From positions 1 to 36,013 of the forward strand of contig MU626456.1 in the NCBI GenBank assembly GCA_025603075.1: DNA of 36,013 nucleotides. Reading direction: 5' to 3'. Shown one piece after another: positions 21,969 through 32,949 of the stretch. The position numbers and the translations under genes are program-made. Below the pieces are notes generated by a model that was given only the letters and a program-made list of their open reading frames with translations, had not been told where the DNA came from and did not search any database. Numbering within the stretch: the first letter of the stretch is position 1; every line of letters begins with the position of its first letter. The stretch is from Neoconidiobolus thromboides FSU 785 (Eukaryota > Fungi > Entomophthoromycota).

Positions 21969-23684
21969 ATGGAAGAGAAAAAGTGGACTTTAACGTCAGA
22001 GCAAGAATTAAGACTAGAAGTGGATAAAAAGCAAGCATTCAAACTAAAAGTAAAGCATTAAACAATCACCATAACTAATATTCAACCATATTTCTCCAGT
22101 TAGAAGTAGGTACAGCTGAAGTGTTTGGAACTGAGTTGGTAAAGAACATATGGTATGAGTTCACCAATACTAAGATTGCTTTGTTTACCTGGCATGGATG
22201 TGAATTAATTATATCCTTTTTTTATTACAAAATTAAAAATAAAACTTATTATTTGATATTATTTCTTTAACTTTTTATTTTTACTCTGAAGGGGAATGTA
22301 AAGTAGGTTACGCGGTAGATGAAACACCAATGCCAACTTATTTAAATTTACATTTGGCACTAGAAAATTTAAGAAACAAAAGTGAACAGAATAAAGAATT
22401 CGGACCAAGGGTAATAGAAATTAGCAATGAAAATGAAGATGTTAATTTTATTAGGTATTAATTTTAGGTCCAAAAGACAGTGGAAAAACCTCAATTTGTA
22501 AAATATTATTGAACTATTCTTTGAGACAAAAGAGAAGGCCTTTATTTATTGATTTAGATACTATGAATGTACTCTATTATACTTATAGTTATTACATAAA
22601 ATAACATATATTACTAGGGCACCATAACGATACCAGGAAGTATAGGGGCGGTGAGCTTAGATTATGTATTAAGTGTAGAAGAAGGGTTTTCAAACCTGGT
22701 TTCCATTTCTCAAGCAGAGGATAAGCCAATTCAGCCATTAAGTTATTTTTATGGGTATCATAATCCAAGTGAAAATAGTAGCTTGTATCAGAGATTAGTA
22801 AATCAATTGGGCCAAATGATTGATAAAAGAATGAAAAAGAATTTAGACAATAAAGTATCTGGATGTATCATTGATACTATTGGTTTAGTAGATGAAAAAG
22901 CATTTGAGCTGCATTTGAATGCTATAAAAACTTTTAACGGTAGGTATATTGTAATTATATATAACATAACATTTTATACATTTTCTTATAGTTAATGTGG
23001 TGATTGTCGTTGGGCATGAGAGATTATATAGCGATATGGTGCGAGCCAACCAAGATAATAAAGACATAACTGTACTAAGATTAGCAAAATCAGGGGGAGT
23101 AATAGTATAATTGCTATAATTTAACAATTAATATATATATCATTATATTAGGTGGTAACGCGAGACCCAGAAACAATGAAAGAATTACAGTCTAATAAAA
23201 TAAGAGAATACTTTTATGGAACTGTCAATAATGAGCTTACTCCTTCTCCTAATGTTATTAAATTTAATGATATCAACATTTTTAAAGTAGGAGAAAGTAA
23301 AAGCATACTATTTCATACTTAACAAACACTAATATTATTTTAGGTAAAATGGCCCCAACATCAGCATTGCCCGTCGGTATGGATCGTAAATTAAGTGAAA
23401 CCAAGTTAACTAAAATGGAGCTTGGAGAATATTTATTACATTCTATATTAGCTGTCTGTAGTACTAACTCAGATCAAGAAGATGACATAATTACTTCAAA
23501 TATTCATGGTTTTGTTTATATGTAAGCTACTATATCACTGTTTAGTTTATAGAGTACTTAACTCTTCTTATTTAGTACAGATATTGACCAGGCAAATCAA
23601 ACCATTACTTTACTGCTACCCTCCACTGGTAAATTACCTAACTCCACTTTGCTTTTAAGCTCCTTCCAATGGTTTGATGTTTAA
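21969..23684 (+). CDS. CLP1: Clp1 (mRNA cleavage/polyadenylation factor, RNA 5'-kinase family), multi-exon
   Basis: [26 protein letters not shown]-loop [37 protein letters not shown] and APTSALPVG. Confidence 0.95.
22211..22284 (+). other. U12-type AT-AC intron (CLP1 intron 2)
   Basis: 5' site ATATCCTTTT, branch-like TTCTTTAAC at 22263-22271, and 3' end TTTTAC. Removing it restores [16 protein letters not shown] in frame. Confidence 0.85.
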
Positions 23685-23792
23685 TAAATATTTGAATTGA
23701 ACAATAACTATAATCTTGTTCTACAATATTAGTAGTGTGTTATTTCTTAGTTCTCCATTAATTATAATTACTAAAAACAGTCACTATTTTAT

Positions 23793-23853
23793 CTAGCCAA
23801 TAAAACATGAAGACAGAGGGGTTGAATATTTAGCATCTTCACTGATTGGCTAG
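23793..23853. promoter_or_regulatory. Inverted pair of CTAGCCAAT (CCAAT-box-like) motifs upstream of SCP2
   Basis: CTAGCCAAT at 23793-23801 and its reverse complement ATTGGCTAG at 23845-23853, 150-200 bp before the ATG at 24003. Confidence 0.35.
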
Positions 23854-24002
23854 GTTTAAAAATCAGGCTGATGTTACAAAAAGTCAAAGATAGGTTTAGC
23901 ATTTAGTATTAGCATTTAAAAACAAAAGCTTCAACTTTTCAAATTATATTTTTGAATATTTGATTGAATATTTTCCAATACCATCATTTTCTTATATAGC
24001 AG

Positions 24003-24565
24003 ATGCAAATAAAAAAAGACCTAAAAGCGGACATTCTATTCCAGCAATTAAAACAAGAGCTAAAGAAACAGGAGGATCCAAGCAAATTTAACAAGATAAG
24101 GGGTTTGTTCATTATTTCAGTTTTTAACAAAGGAAAGTATGAGAAAGATTGGTAAATTTGTTTTCTGTTTATTTAGTGCACTTTAATGTTCAACTATCTT
24201 TTGTTGAATTTTTAGGTATATGTATTTTCAAGGTAAATTTTAAAGTCTTACCTATCAACAATAATTCTAATCAAACTCATAAAGGAAATAATGAAGCTCC
24301 AATAATAACTGATGTTCGCTCAACAATTAACACGACTTCTAATCAGCAGAAAACAGCCATCGTCATAATAGAATTAGAAGATAAAGATTTAGTGAATTTT
24401 GTAGCAGGCGGAATCAGCGGTATTCAAAGTATTATGTCTGGTAGAGTTAAAATCGTAGGAGACTTTAATTTGGCTCAGCAACTTGAAACTTTATTCCTTG
24501 AACTTGGAGGTGTGGAGAAAACAATGTCGTATATTAAGAGTGGACAGGTACAATCAAAGCTTTAA
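24003..24565 (+). CDS. SCP2 sterol-carrier domain protein with C-terminal PTS1 (SKL); 3 exons including a 17-nt microexon
   Basis: KADILFQQLK...IRGLFIISVF...W|YMYFQG|...IELEDKDLVNFVAGGISGIQSIMSGRVKIVGDFNLAQQLE...QSKL-stop. Confidence 0.82.
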
Positions 24566-25253
24566 TTAAAGTTAAGTTTACCATGCAGATGCAATTTTTA
24601 ATTAAATTTATTCCATTTTTTTAATTTACGCAAATTTTAATATTAAAAATAGCTTTAATGAGGCTTAAAAATTGATTTATTCAGTATGCTAAATATTACA
24701 ATAAAATACTTATAGCAGGGGTTAAATAAAAATGCATTTATTTCGAAGTATAAATACCTTAAAGTATTATTTAACGATTATAGTTATAACTATCTAAAAG
24801 GTAAGTAAGTAACTTAACACATAAAACAGAAAAATGTTTGAACAACATTATCAACTTAAATTATATCTACAAATTACGATTTAATTAATTTAAACAAATA
24901 AAATAATAAGAATAAGATCCCCAAATTAAGAAGAATTTATTAGAGTTAACTTCATAATGACATCTATTAACATAATCCTCAAGAGAAACCGTGTAAGCCA
25001 ATAAATTGATTTGAACAGCAAAGTAACCAGATCTAAGCGAATGAAATCAAAAAAAGCCAGTAAATGATTGGCACAAAAATATTTTAGAAAAGTAACGGAA
25101 CTAAAAAGTAAAAAAAGGGTAACAGCAAAGTTTAAATTGACTCAAAAACAACTTAATAAAATTGAAGAAATACCAGAGCCCCACTTGGATCAAAAATCCA
25201 AGCCAAAATTATTTAAAAGAATTTCTACTTCTCTATCAATTAAGTTCAATTCA

Positions 25254-26715
25254 ATGAATTTTTTATTTAAATCAAAGAACAAATCCCCTGCTGAACTCGT
25301 TAAAGTGGTTAGAGAAACTATCCCTAAGTTAGAGCATGGTGATAAAAGAAAAGTATTGTTATATATCACATTAATGTTATCCTTTATTTATTTTTATTTT
25401 AAATAGGCAAAAGAAGAAGTAGCAAAATGTTTATCTTCAATGAAGGTAATATTATTTGGGGATGGAGGTAACTAAACAATTGAATAAAGATTTAAAGAAG
25501 ACTAATTTGAATTAAAAGATAACGAACCATCAATGGAACTAGTAGCCCAATTATCTCAAGAAATCTATAACAATGATTTATTATCTATTTTGATTAACAA
25601 CATTTCTCGTCTTGAGTTTGAAGTAAGTTTATAGAGAAGCATAAAATATATAGTATATCTAAATCATGTAGACTCGTAAAGATGTAGCACAAATATTTAA
25701 TAACTTGCTAAGAAGAAAGATCGGATCTAGATTACCAACTGTTGAATATTTAGCTAATAGAGAAAAGATTTTATTCTTATTATTAAAAGGGTAGGTATTT
25801 AGGTTTTGACGAAACACATTATTGACAATCATTAATGTATATTTAATAGGTATGAGACAGCAGAAATAGCATTAAACTGCGGAATGGTATTAAGGGAATG
25901 CTTTCGTTATGAACCATTAGCACAAATCATACTAAACTCAGAAGCTTTCTTTGATTTTTTTAATTATGTCGAAACAGGTACCTTTGATATTGCCTCTGAT
26001 GCTTTTGCCTCATTTAGAGTAAGAATAATTCGACTGATTATGATAAAGGACATCTTTTAATGATATTATTAGGAAATTTTAACTCGTCATAAAAAACTAG
26101 TATCTCAGTTTTTAGAAGCTAACTATGATAAAGTAAATTATTATTTGTTAAGTTGATTAATTGACTAATGTGCTTTATTTATAGTTTTTTGAAGAATATC
26201 AAAAGTTACTTAATTCACCAAATTACGTTACCAAAAGACAGTCCTTAAAGGTAACTTTTATTTTATTTATTAATACAAATAATTAATAATTGATATTTTT
26301 AGCTGCTAAATGAAATTTTATTAGAACGTTCTAATTTTACGATTATGACCCGCTATATTTCCGTTGGGGATACACTCAAATTAATGATGAACTTATTAAG
26401 GGATAAAAGTCGCAACATTCAATTCGAAGCATTTCATGTATTTAAAGTAAACTATTAACATTATATAACAAAAATAATATTAATGTAATATAATAGGTGT
26501 TTGTTGCCAATCCTAATAAAAGCAAACCAGTTTTAGATATATTGACCAAAAATAAAGATAAATTGGAAACTTTCTTGAGCAATTTTCATAACGATCGTAA
26601 TGGTAAACTTAATACTTATTATATGTTAATCAACTTATATTGACACATTAATTTAGATGACCAACAATTCCATGACGAGAAGGCATTTTTATTAAAGCAA
26701 ATCCAAAAGCTTTAA
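25254..26715 (+). CDS. HYM1: Mo25/Hym1/CAB39 scaffold protein, about 10 exons
   Basis: [80 protein letters not shown] and [16 protein letters not shown]. Confidence 0.95.
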
Positions 26716-26926
26716 TAATTTTATCTTTCTTTTTAATTATATAATCTTACTCATTTTATAGTAATAAATTAATAACCATTTTAACTTTGCCTTTTTTATT
26801 TTAAATTTGTTCTTACAGCTCCAGTTCTGTTGCTATGAATTCACTGCATTTAATTGGCTTAGATTTAACTCTTGTTTACTATTTACTTTGTTTTTAATCA
26901 TTTATTTAATATTAAATTTAATAACT

Positions 26927-27444
26927 ATGGTAAATAAAATCAACATAATACAATTTAAATACTAATTAAACTACAGATACCAAATATATCCTCGGCAACA
27001 ATCTTAACTTTAGAAGAGCTATTTCAGCAATATGATCAAGATAATGATGGCTATATATCAGCCTCAGATCTAAGTCTAACGCTTGAACAAACGGGTGCCT
27101 CCATAAGCTCTGAAGAGATTGAAAAGATGATAGCTTTAGGCGACATTGATAATCGAGGGAAACTGGATAAAGAAGAGTTTATCTTGCTATTTTACAATTT
27201 ATTCGAAAAAAAAGAAGAAAGTGATGATAATTTTAATCTATTTAAATTACTAGAAAATGGGGAAAGTGGATTTATTGATGCTGGGCAGCTAGGAATGGTG
27301 CTAGTAGCATTGAATAGTGAACTAATACAGGGAGTTAAAGAGGATCAATTGGAGCAGAGTGTTTTGGAACTTATTAGAGAAGTGGATTTGGACGGGGATT
27401 CGGTTATTAATTACAACGAGTTTTTGAAGATTATGGTAGTTTAA
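26927..27444 (+). CDS. Divergent calmodulin-like EF-hand protein; ATG-only first exon, intron 26930-26976
   Basis: Spliced protein begins MIPNISSATILTLEELFQQYDQDNDGYISASDL. EF loops are DQDNDGYISASD, DIDNRGKLDKEE, ENGESGFIDAGQ and DLDGDSVINYNE. Confidence 0.85.
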
Positions 27445-27554
27445 AATTACTATTTAGAATTTATTTATTTATTTATTTATTTTAGAATAACAATAATCAT
27501 GAACATTAAAAAATTATAACTTTATTTAGTTTATTCTATGTTTTTAGGGTAAAT

Positions 27555-28068
27555 TTATTCAAAGCGTACCTTCTTCTTTATCTATTTAAAATTAAAGTTT
27601 TATTATTATTATCAATCTTATTGATTTACCTTTTTTGCATTCTTGTTGGTAGTAGTAATATTTGAAGACTCGCTATTATTTGTAATGCTGTTTTTATTTA
27701 TAGTAGTATCCTTATTTTCAGTGACACTTTTTGTATTATTTTTAGTTTTATTTTTAGCTATCAACTTTTTCTTCATTTCTTCCAACTTCTTGTTCCTTTC
27801 ACTTTTTCGAATCTCCTTTTGCTCCTCTTTCTCTTTTAAATATTGTTGTTTTGAGCTCTAAACAAATTAGATTCCATATCATTTTGTTATACAAATTACT
27901 ATTACTTCTTTTAGCTTCTTGTTATTTATTGCTTCATTTTGTTTTTCAATAATCCCACCCATGATTTTAAGCATATCTTCCTTGAATAATCAAATCTTTT
28001 AGTTTTAATTTATTAGCTAATATTACTATAGTTACTCTCTCTACATATTTAGTTGCTTTCTTTTTCAT
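27555..28068 (-). CDS. Small Lys/Glu-rich nucleolar-type protein, Loc1-like (60S assembly); 4 exons, absent from the ORF track
   Basis: Three clean GT-AG introns give MKKKATKYVERE-DMLKIMGGIIEKQNEAINNKKLKE-SSKQQYLKEKEEQKEIRKSERNKKLEEMKKKL...-IKKKVRFE-stop. The layout resembles fungal Loc1 (by recall). Confidence 0.65.
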
Positions 28069-28278
28069 TTTTGAATAGATTTAATTATTGAGAAATAAAA
28101 ATAAAAAAAGTTATTTTTTGAATTTTTTTAAATAAAATTGGTAGATTTTATTGGTGTAACCTAGATCATATATTTTTACTCAAATCTAAAATAGTAGCTA
28201 GCCTTTACACAAAAATCACTACTATTATCATTTTATGATAGATTTCATCTAACGAAATTCTTTTTAAAATCTGTCTCT

Positions 28279-28383
28279 ATATTGAGATGTGTTTTTATGT
28301 TTAAGAATTTTACTAACAATTTTTCCATTCAAATAGCACTTAAGAAATAGAGGAAGTGATGAAGCAAAAAAACACCCACATAA
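28279..28383 (+). mobile_element. MITE copy 10
   Basis: ATAT-TGAGATGTGTTTTTATGTTTAAGAATTTTACT...AAAAAAACACCCAC-ATAA. Confidence 0.82.
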
Positions 28384-29414
28384 AATGGAACGCTATAACT
28401 AAAATAGCTGCGTCTTTATATAGTAGATTCAAACAAATCCAAATCCTCAGTAAAAGCACTAGGTAGTAACTTGAATTAAATCCTATTGATATAGTATCAG
28501 ACGCCTGTTAAAGTTAAATTTTAACTTTATAAGGTTTAAAGTCTGTTTAATATAGTTTTTCACTTATAATATCCTGATTATAGCTTTGTTTAATTTTATA
28601 AAATCAACCATTAGAGAATTTTCGTCTAAATAACTGCTTTGAGTAAAATCAATTTCTATAAAGCAAATTCAATCAATAAAGGTAGCCGAAGTCAATATAG
28701 AAAGATAGGTACTTTAAACGTTCTTTAATTTAAAATGGTATATCAAATTCTATTTAAAAAGGATTTCGTTATCACTATTGTTTTTGACTTTTTTCTCTTT
28801 GTAATTTGGAATATGCCTTGCTTCTTTTATGTAAGCTATTTTAACTCTATTTAAAGGGAATGTAAACCATTGACTTAGAATGAAAATCCTGCCCTAATTT
28901 AAACTAAAGGGAAAGTTAAAAAACAGTTGTTAGCGCTTTAGAGAAATGCAGTAATTTGGTTTAATGGAATAATATTTAAATAAATTGAAAAGTAATGCAA
29001 TGGTCGCAGTACTCATAAATTTCGAGATTAGTTTTCTATTGCCAAGAGTAGTCTTAAGAACTAATAAAAGTAAATTAATATCATTTTATTTTTAAATTCT
29101 AGAATTCCAAGTCTTTATTGTTCAAAAGCTAAACTTTAAATTGAAATAATAAGAATTAAAATGAAAAAATGTTACTTACTGAACAATAAACGCTAACGGT
29201 AATTTTTTTAAAATAGTTCTATTTAGAACATGAGGCTAACCTTGATTTCATCCAAAAACATAAAAAATCATGGTGACTACCAATGAAATTGAGGAAATCA
29301 TTACTTCGAAAGTTACACATTAGAGTGTAATAACTTGCATGGAAAGTTAAGAACAAGTTAAAAACAAATAAATTGGCTTTTATTAGAGTTAAACTTTAAT
29401 ACTTTTAATAAAAA

Positions 29415-30265
29415 ATGGTAGATATTAAATCTGAATTTCAATCAGGACAGTTTACACTTTACGGGCAATGGTAAGCATAATAATAAGTTCGATATATGTC
29501 TCACAATATATAATAATATTAACGATGATCCTTTATGTAATTTATATTAACATTGATTTAATCTAGGACTGGACTTCTTAGTTCAATATGTAAATCTCAC
29601 ATCAAAAATAATAAAAAGCATTAAATTAATTATCAAATAGTACTGATCATCCTTGGTATCGTGTCCTTCCTTTCTGTCGTCGTTTTCTCGATATTATCTT
29701 TGTAATTAGTACTTCGGTTTTAAGCTATAAAATTTTAATTGTTTTTAGCATATTCTCAGGAATCATTTTGTTATTAGAAATCCCATTGTTTGTTAAGGTA
29801 AGCTTATAGTTACATGGAAAATGATATCAATATTAAGTATCAAATATATAGGTTATTCCAGGAGGACCAAAGATGTAGGTTTAAACCAAAGATTTATTTT
29901 ATGTTTATTAACTATTTTCTAGTCAAACTTTCGTAGATTATTTCGAAAATCATTACTTCCGTGGAGCTTTATATTTAGCGTAAATTTTTGTTATTTATTT
30001 AAAACGAGATTTTTGAATTTCTATTTAGTTTCTCTATCGTTATCTTTTTATCCACCTTACAAGCTAATACCTCCCTTATTTTACCTGGTATTACTCTCTT
30101 AGCTACCTCAGCTTGCTACTGTAAGTGTTTATGTTTAATTTTTTATACATGCTAATCATTTATTATGTACATCTAGTTGTTGCTGGTTTTAAACATCAAG
30201 AAAGAGTTACTTCTTCCCTTTTAGGTGGCACTGGAATTATGGCTGGTGCTCAATCTTTAGCTTAG
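29415..30265 (+). CDS. TVP18: Golgi membrane protein Tvp18 (Flower/Cg6151 family); 7 exons, absent from the ORF track
   Basis: Spliced protein MVDIKSEFQSGQFTLYGQWTGLLSSILLIILGIVS...LLEIPLFVKVIPGGPKIQTFVDYFENHYFRGALYLAFSIVIF...SACYFVAGFKHQE is in frame across six GT-AG introns. Confidence 0.88.
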
Positions 30266-30432
30266 CTTTTTATAAATCTTAAATTTAAAGCATTCTTTTT
30301 TTACATTTTTCAAGTTTTAGTGGTAATAGCAGAAATACTAATATATAAACAACTAATAACATAAAGTAATGTTAATAAAATTTTATTCAAAAATAAAATA
30401 GATAAATAAACAAAGAATAATAGTGTATATAA

Positions 30433-32471
30433 TTATCTCCAAGGATCTAAAACTGGCTCATTAAATGTTGAATAATCGTTCACTTCTCTATTAACTAACC
30501 GTTTTAGTTCATTCTTCCAATCTTCTTTTGATGTTCCAACTAAATTTGATCCCCAAGGTGAAGAACTTAATGAATCACTACGTAAAATTGGAGTTGAATT
30601 TAAATTGGGTGTGCTGTTGTTAGTAGTATTACTATTACTGTTGCTTGGCTCCCCAGTATGATTAATAGACTCCAAAATAGCATCACTTGAATTACTTTTT
30701 AAATTATTCTTATTTATTTCTGTTTGAGATAGATTAGGCGTAGGCGTAGAATAATTTTTATTATGATGAATATTATTATTAACATTATTCTTGTTTTTAT
30801 TAACGTTATTATTACTATAATTGAATTTTATAAACGATTCAATTGTTGGTATATTATAATCCCCATACGAAAATACTCTTGAATTTTTGTATAATTCTTC
30901 TGCTACTTCATCTTCCATAACAAAATCAAATGTAATTGAACTTAATAAATCATTTTCATTTCTATTATCATTTGAGCTTATAGTGGAATGGCTTAATTTA
31001 CCTTGTGCACCTTTAATCCAATATTTATGCTGGCCATTTGATGAATATCTCAGACCAGCTTTCAATCGATTATTTAATCCACTTTCTGTAATTGGGGCAC
31101 CTTCTGCAGGCTCAAATGCGCGATAGTTAAATTTAGTACCTGAATAAGTCTCTACGGAATCCAAGATTATATCTTTGATACCTATTGCATCTCTTATCGC
31201 ATAAAATATCTTTAATCTCACTAAAATACCATTTTTGGGCATATAATCCTTGTATGTAAATGCATACCAATGTGCTATGGCTCCAAATAATAACTCTATA
31301 CATATTAAGGCATCTTGTAAAGCCACAGCTGTATGCTCTTCTGTTAACCCATTCCCTTTATTAATTTATTAGCTATTAGTAATAATACGAGTAATTAAAG
31401 GTCGCTATTACCTAGATGCACCAAGCCAGTAGAAACTAAAGCGGAAATCACCAATCCTTGCCAAAAAGAAAAGAAAACAATGGCTTTTACACATAAAAAT
31501 TTAGCCAAAGGACTAACAAGTAATAAGTCTATATTAATAAATATAATAAATAGACTTACTTATATTCTTTAATATCGTTTTTGATCGTTTGAAATAAAAA
31601 TACTAAGCAGTATAAACTAATACAAACGGAGATATTATAAACAAAAGTTATATAAAAATAACCAGAATAAATTGACAAATCATTCTCATCATAGTTATTG
31701 GTATATTTCAACACCATAGTAATAATTGCTATCATTGGTTTAATATACACATATTGTAGAATACCTCTCTGTAGATATCTTTAGTATTTTGTTTTTATTT
31801 TATATTGTTTTACTTACCTTTAATGATAAAAACGAATAAGGATCTCCAACCTATAATATTGTTTAATATAATGATATTGTAGCATGTTCTATTCTATTTA
31901 CCTCCATCTCTTTTGAAAAATAATAAGCAGGCCATAAATGCTTAATTGGTGCTCTACCATATAATTTTCTCAGTAGTGCCCTTTCGCCTCCCATATAGTT
32001 AACCATTAAATTAAAAAAACAATAAATTACAAAAGCCTAATTAAAATTAATAAGAATATTAAATATTAATAGACTAGTTACTTCATAAATATCTCTTATT
32101 GCATCCACATAAAATGCTGCATTTAACGATACCAGACTAATCCACGAGGACATGGCATATACTGGTACCCTAAGTTTTATTTATTACTTTATATTATTAT
32201 CAAAAATAATATCTCTTACATCCATTTTATTCTGATAATATATCTTTGTAAGTGCTAAGATGAATCAATAATATGAGTACCATTATTTTTATAAATTTTA
32301 AATTTGTACCGGCTTTGTATAATTTTTAAGGTGTGAAATCATTGCAATGATTGAAACCAAACTAGCCAAAATCGAGAACACCAAACATATGTTGATGATA
32401 GTTTCTCCTAACTCAGCTCCAGACCCTCCTTCACCCCATTCTTCCTTATCTTGTTCCCATTTGATTATCAT
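30433..32471 (-). CDS. TMEM184/OST-alpha family membrane protein, multi-exon
   Basis: HLQRYIIRIKWMVPVYAMSSW, RDIYEAFVIYCFF, RGILQYVYIKP, PLAKFLCVKAIVFFSFWQG and LQDALICIELLFGAIAHWYAF. Confidence 0.92.
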
Positions 32472-32949
32472 CTTATTTTTATTTTTTACTGATTAACAAA
32501 ATGAATTAAATAGTAAAATAAAAATGATGGAATTTTAGGTCACTATTTTTTAAATTAACGGTTTTTATGTAATAGTTTGCTAGCTATTAAAAAATTTTCA
32601 TTTATCACAGACATTAGTATCTGAGACAGATTTAATGAGTTTGGCTTTAGGCTTAGCCTGTTTTCTTAAAACTTGATTTTCAAATTTCATATTTAGTATA
32701 TTAGCTTAGTTTATATAAAACTTTCTTTTTAAAATTTAAATAAATATTAATGAAAACTATATATCACTTTTGTCTATTCAGTTCATTTACAATTCTTGGC
32801 ATTTTATCATATCAACTTGTATACTTCGATACCATATAAAATATATCCTGAGCCAGATACCCCATCACTTTATTATAAAGTTATTATAATCAATTATTAA
32901 ATTTTGCCCAATTGTAGAACTTGCTTAAATTAATACCATTCACTTATTT

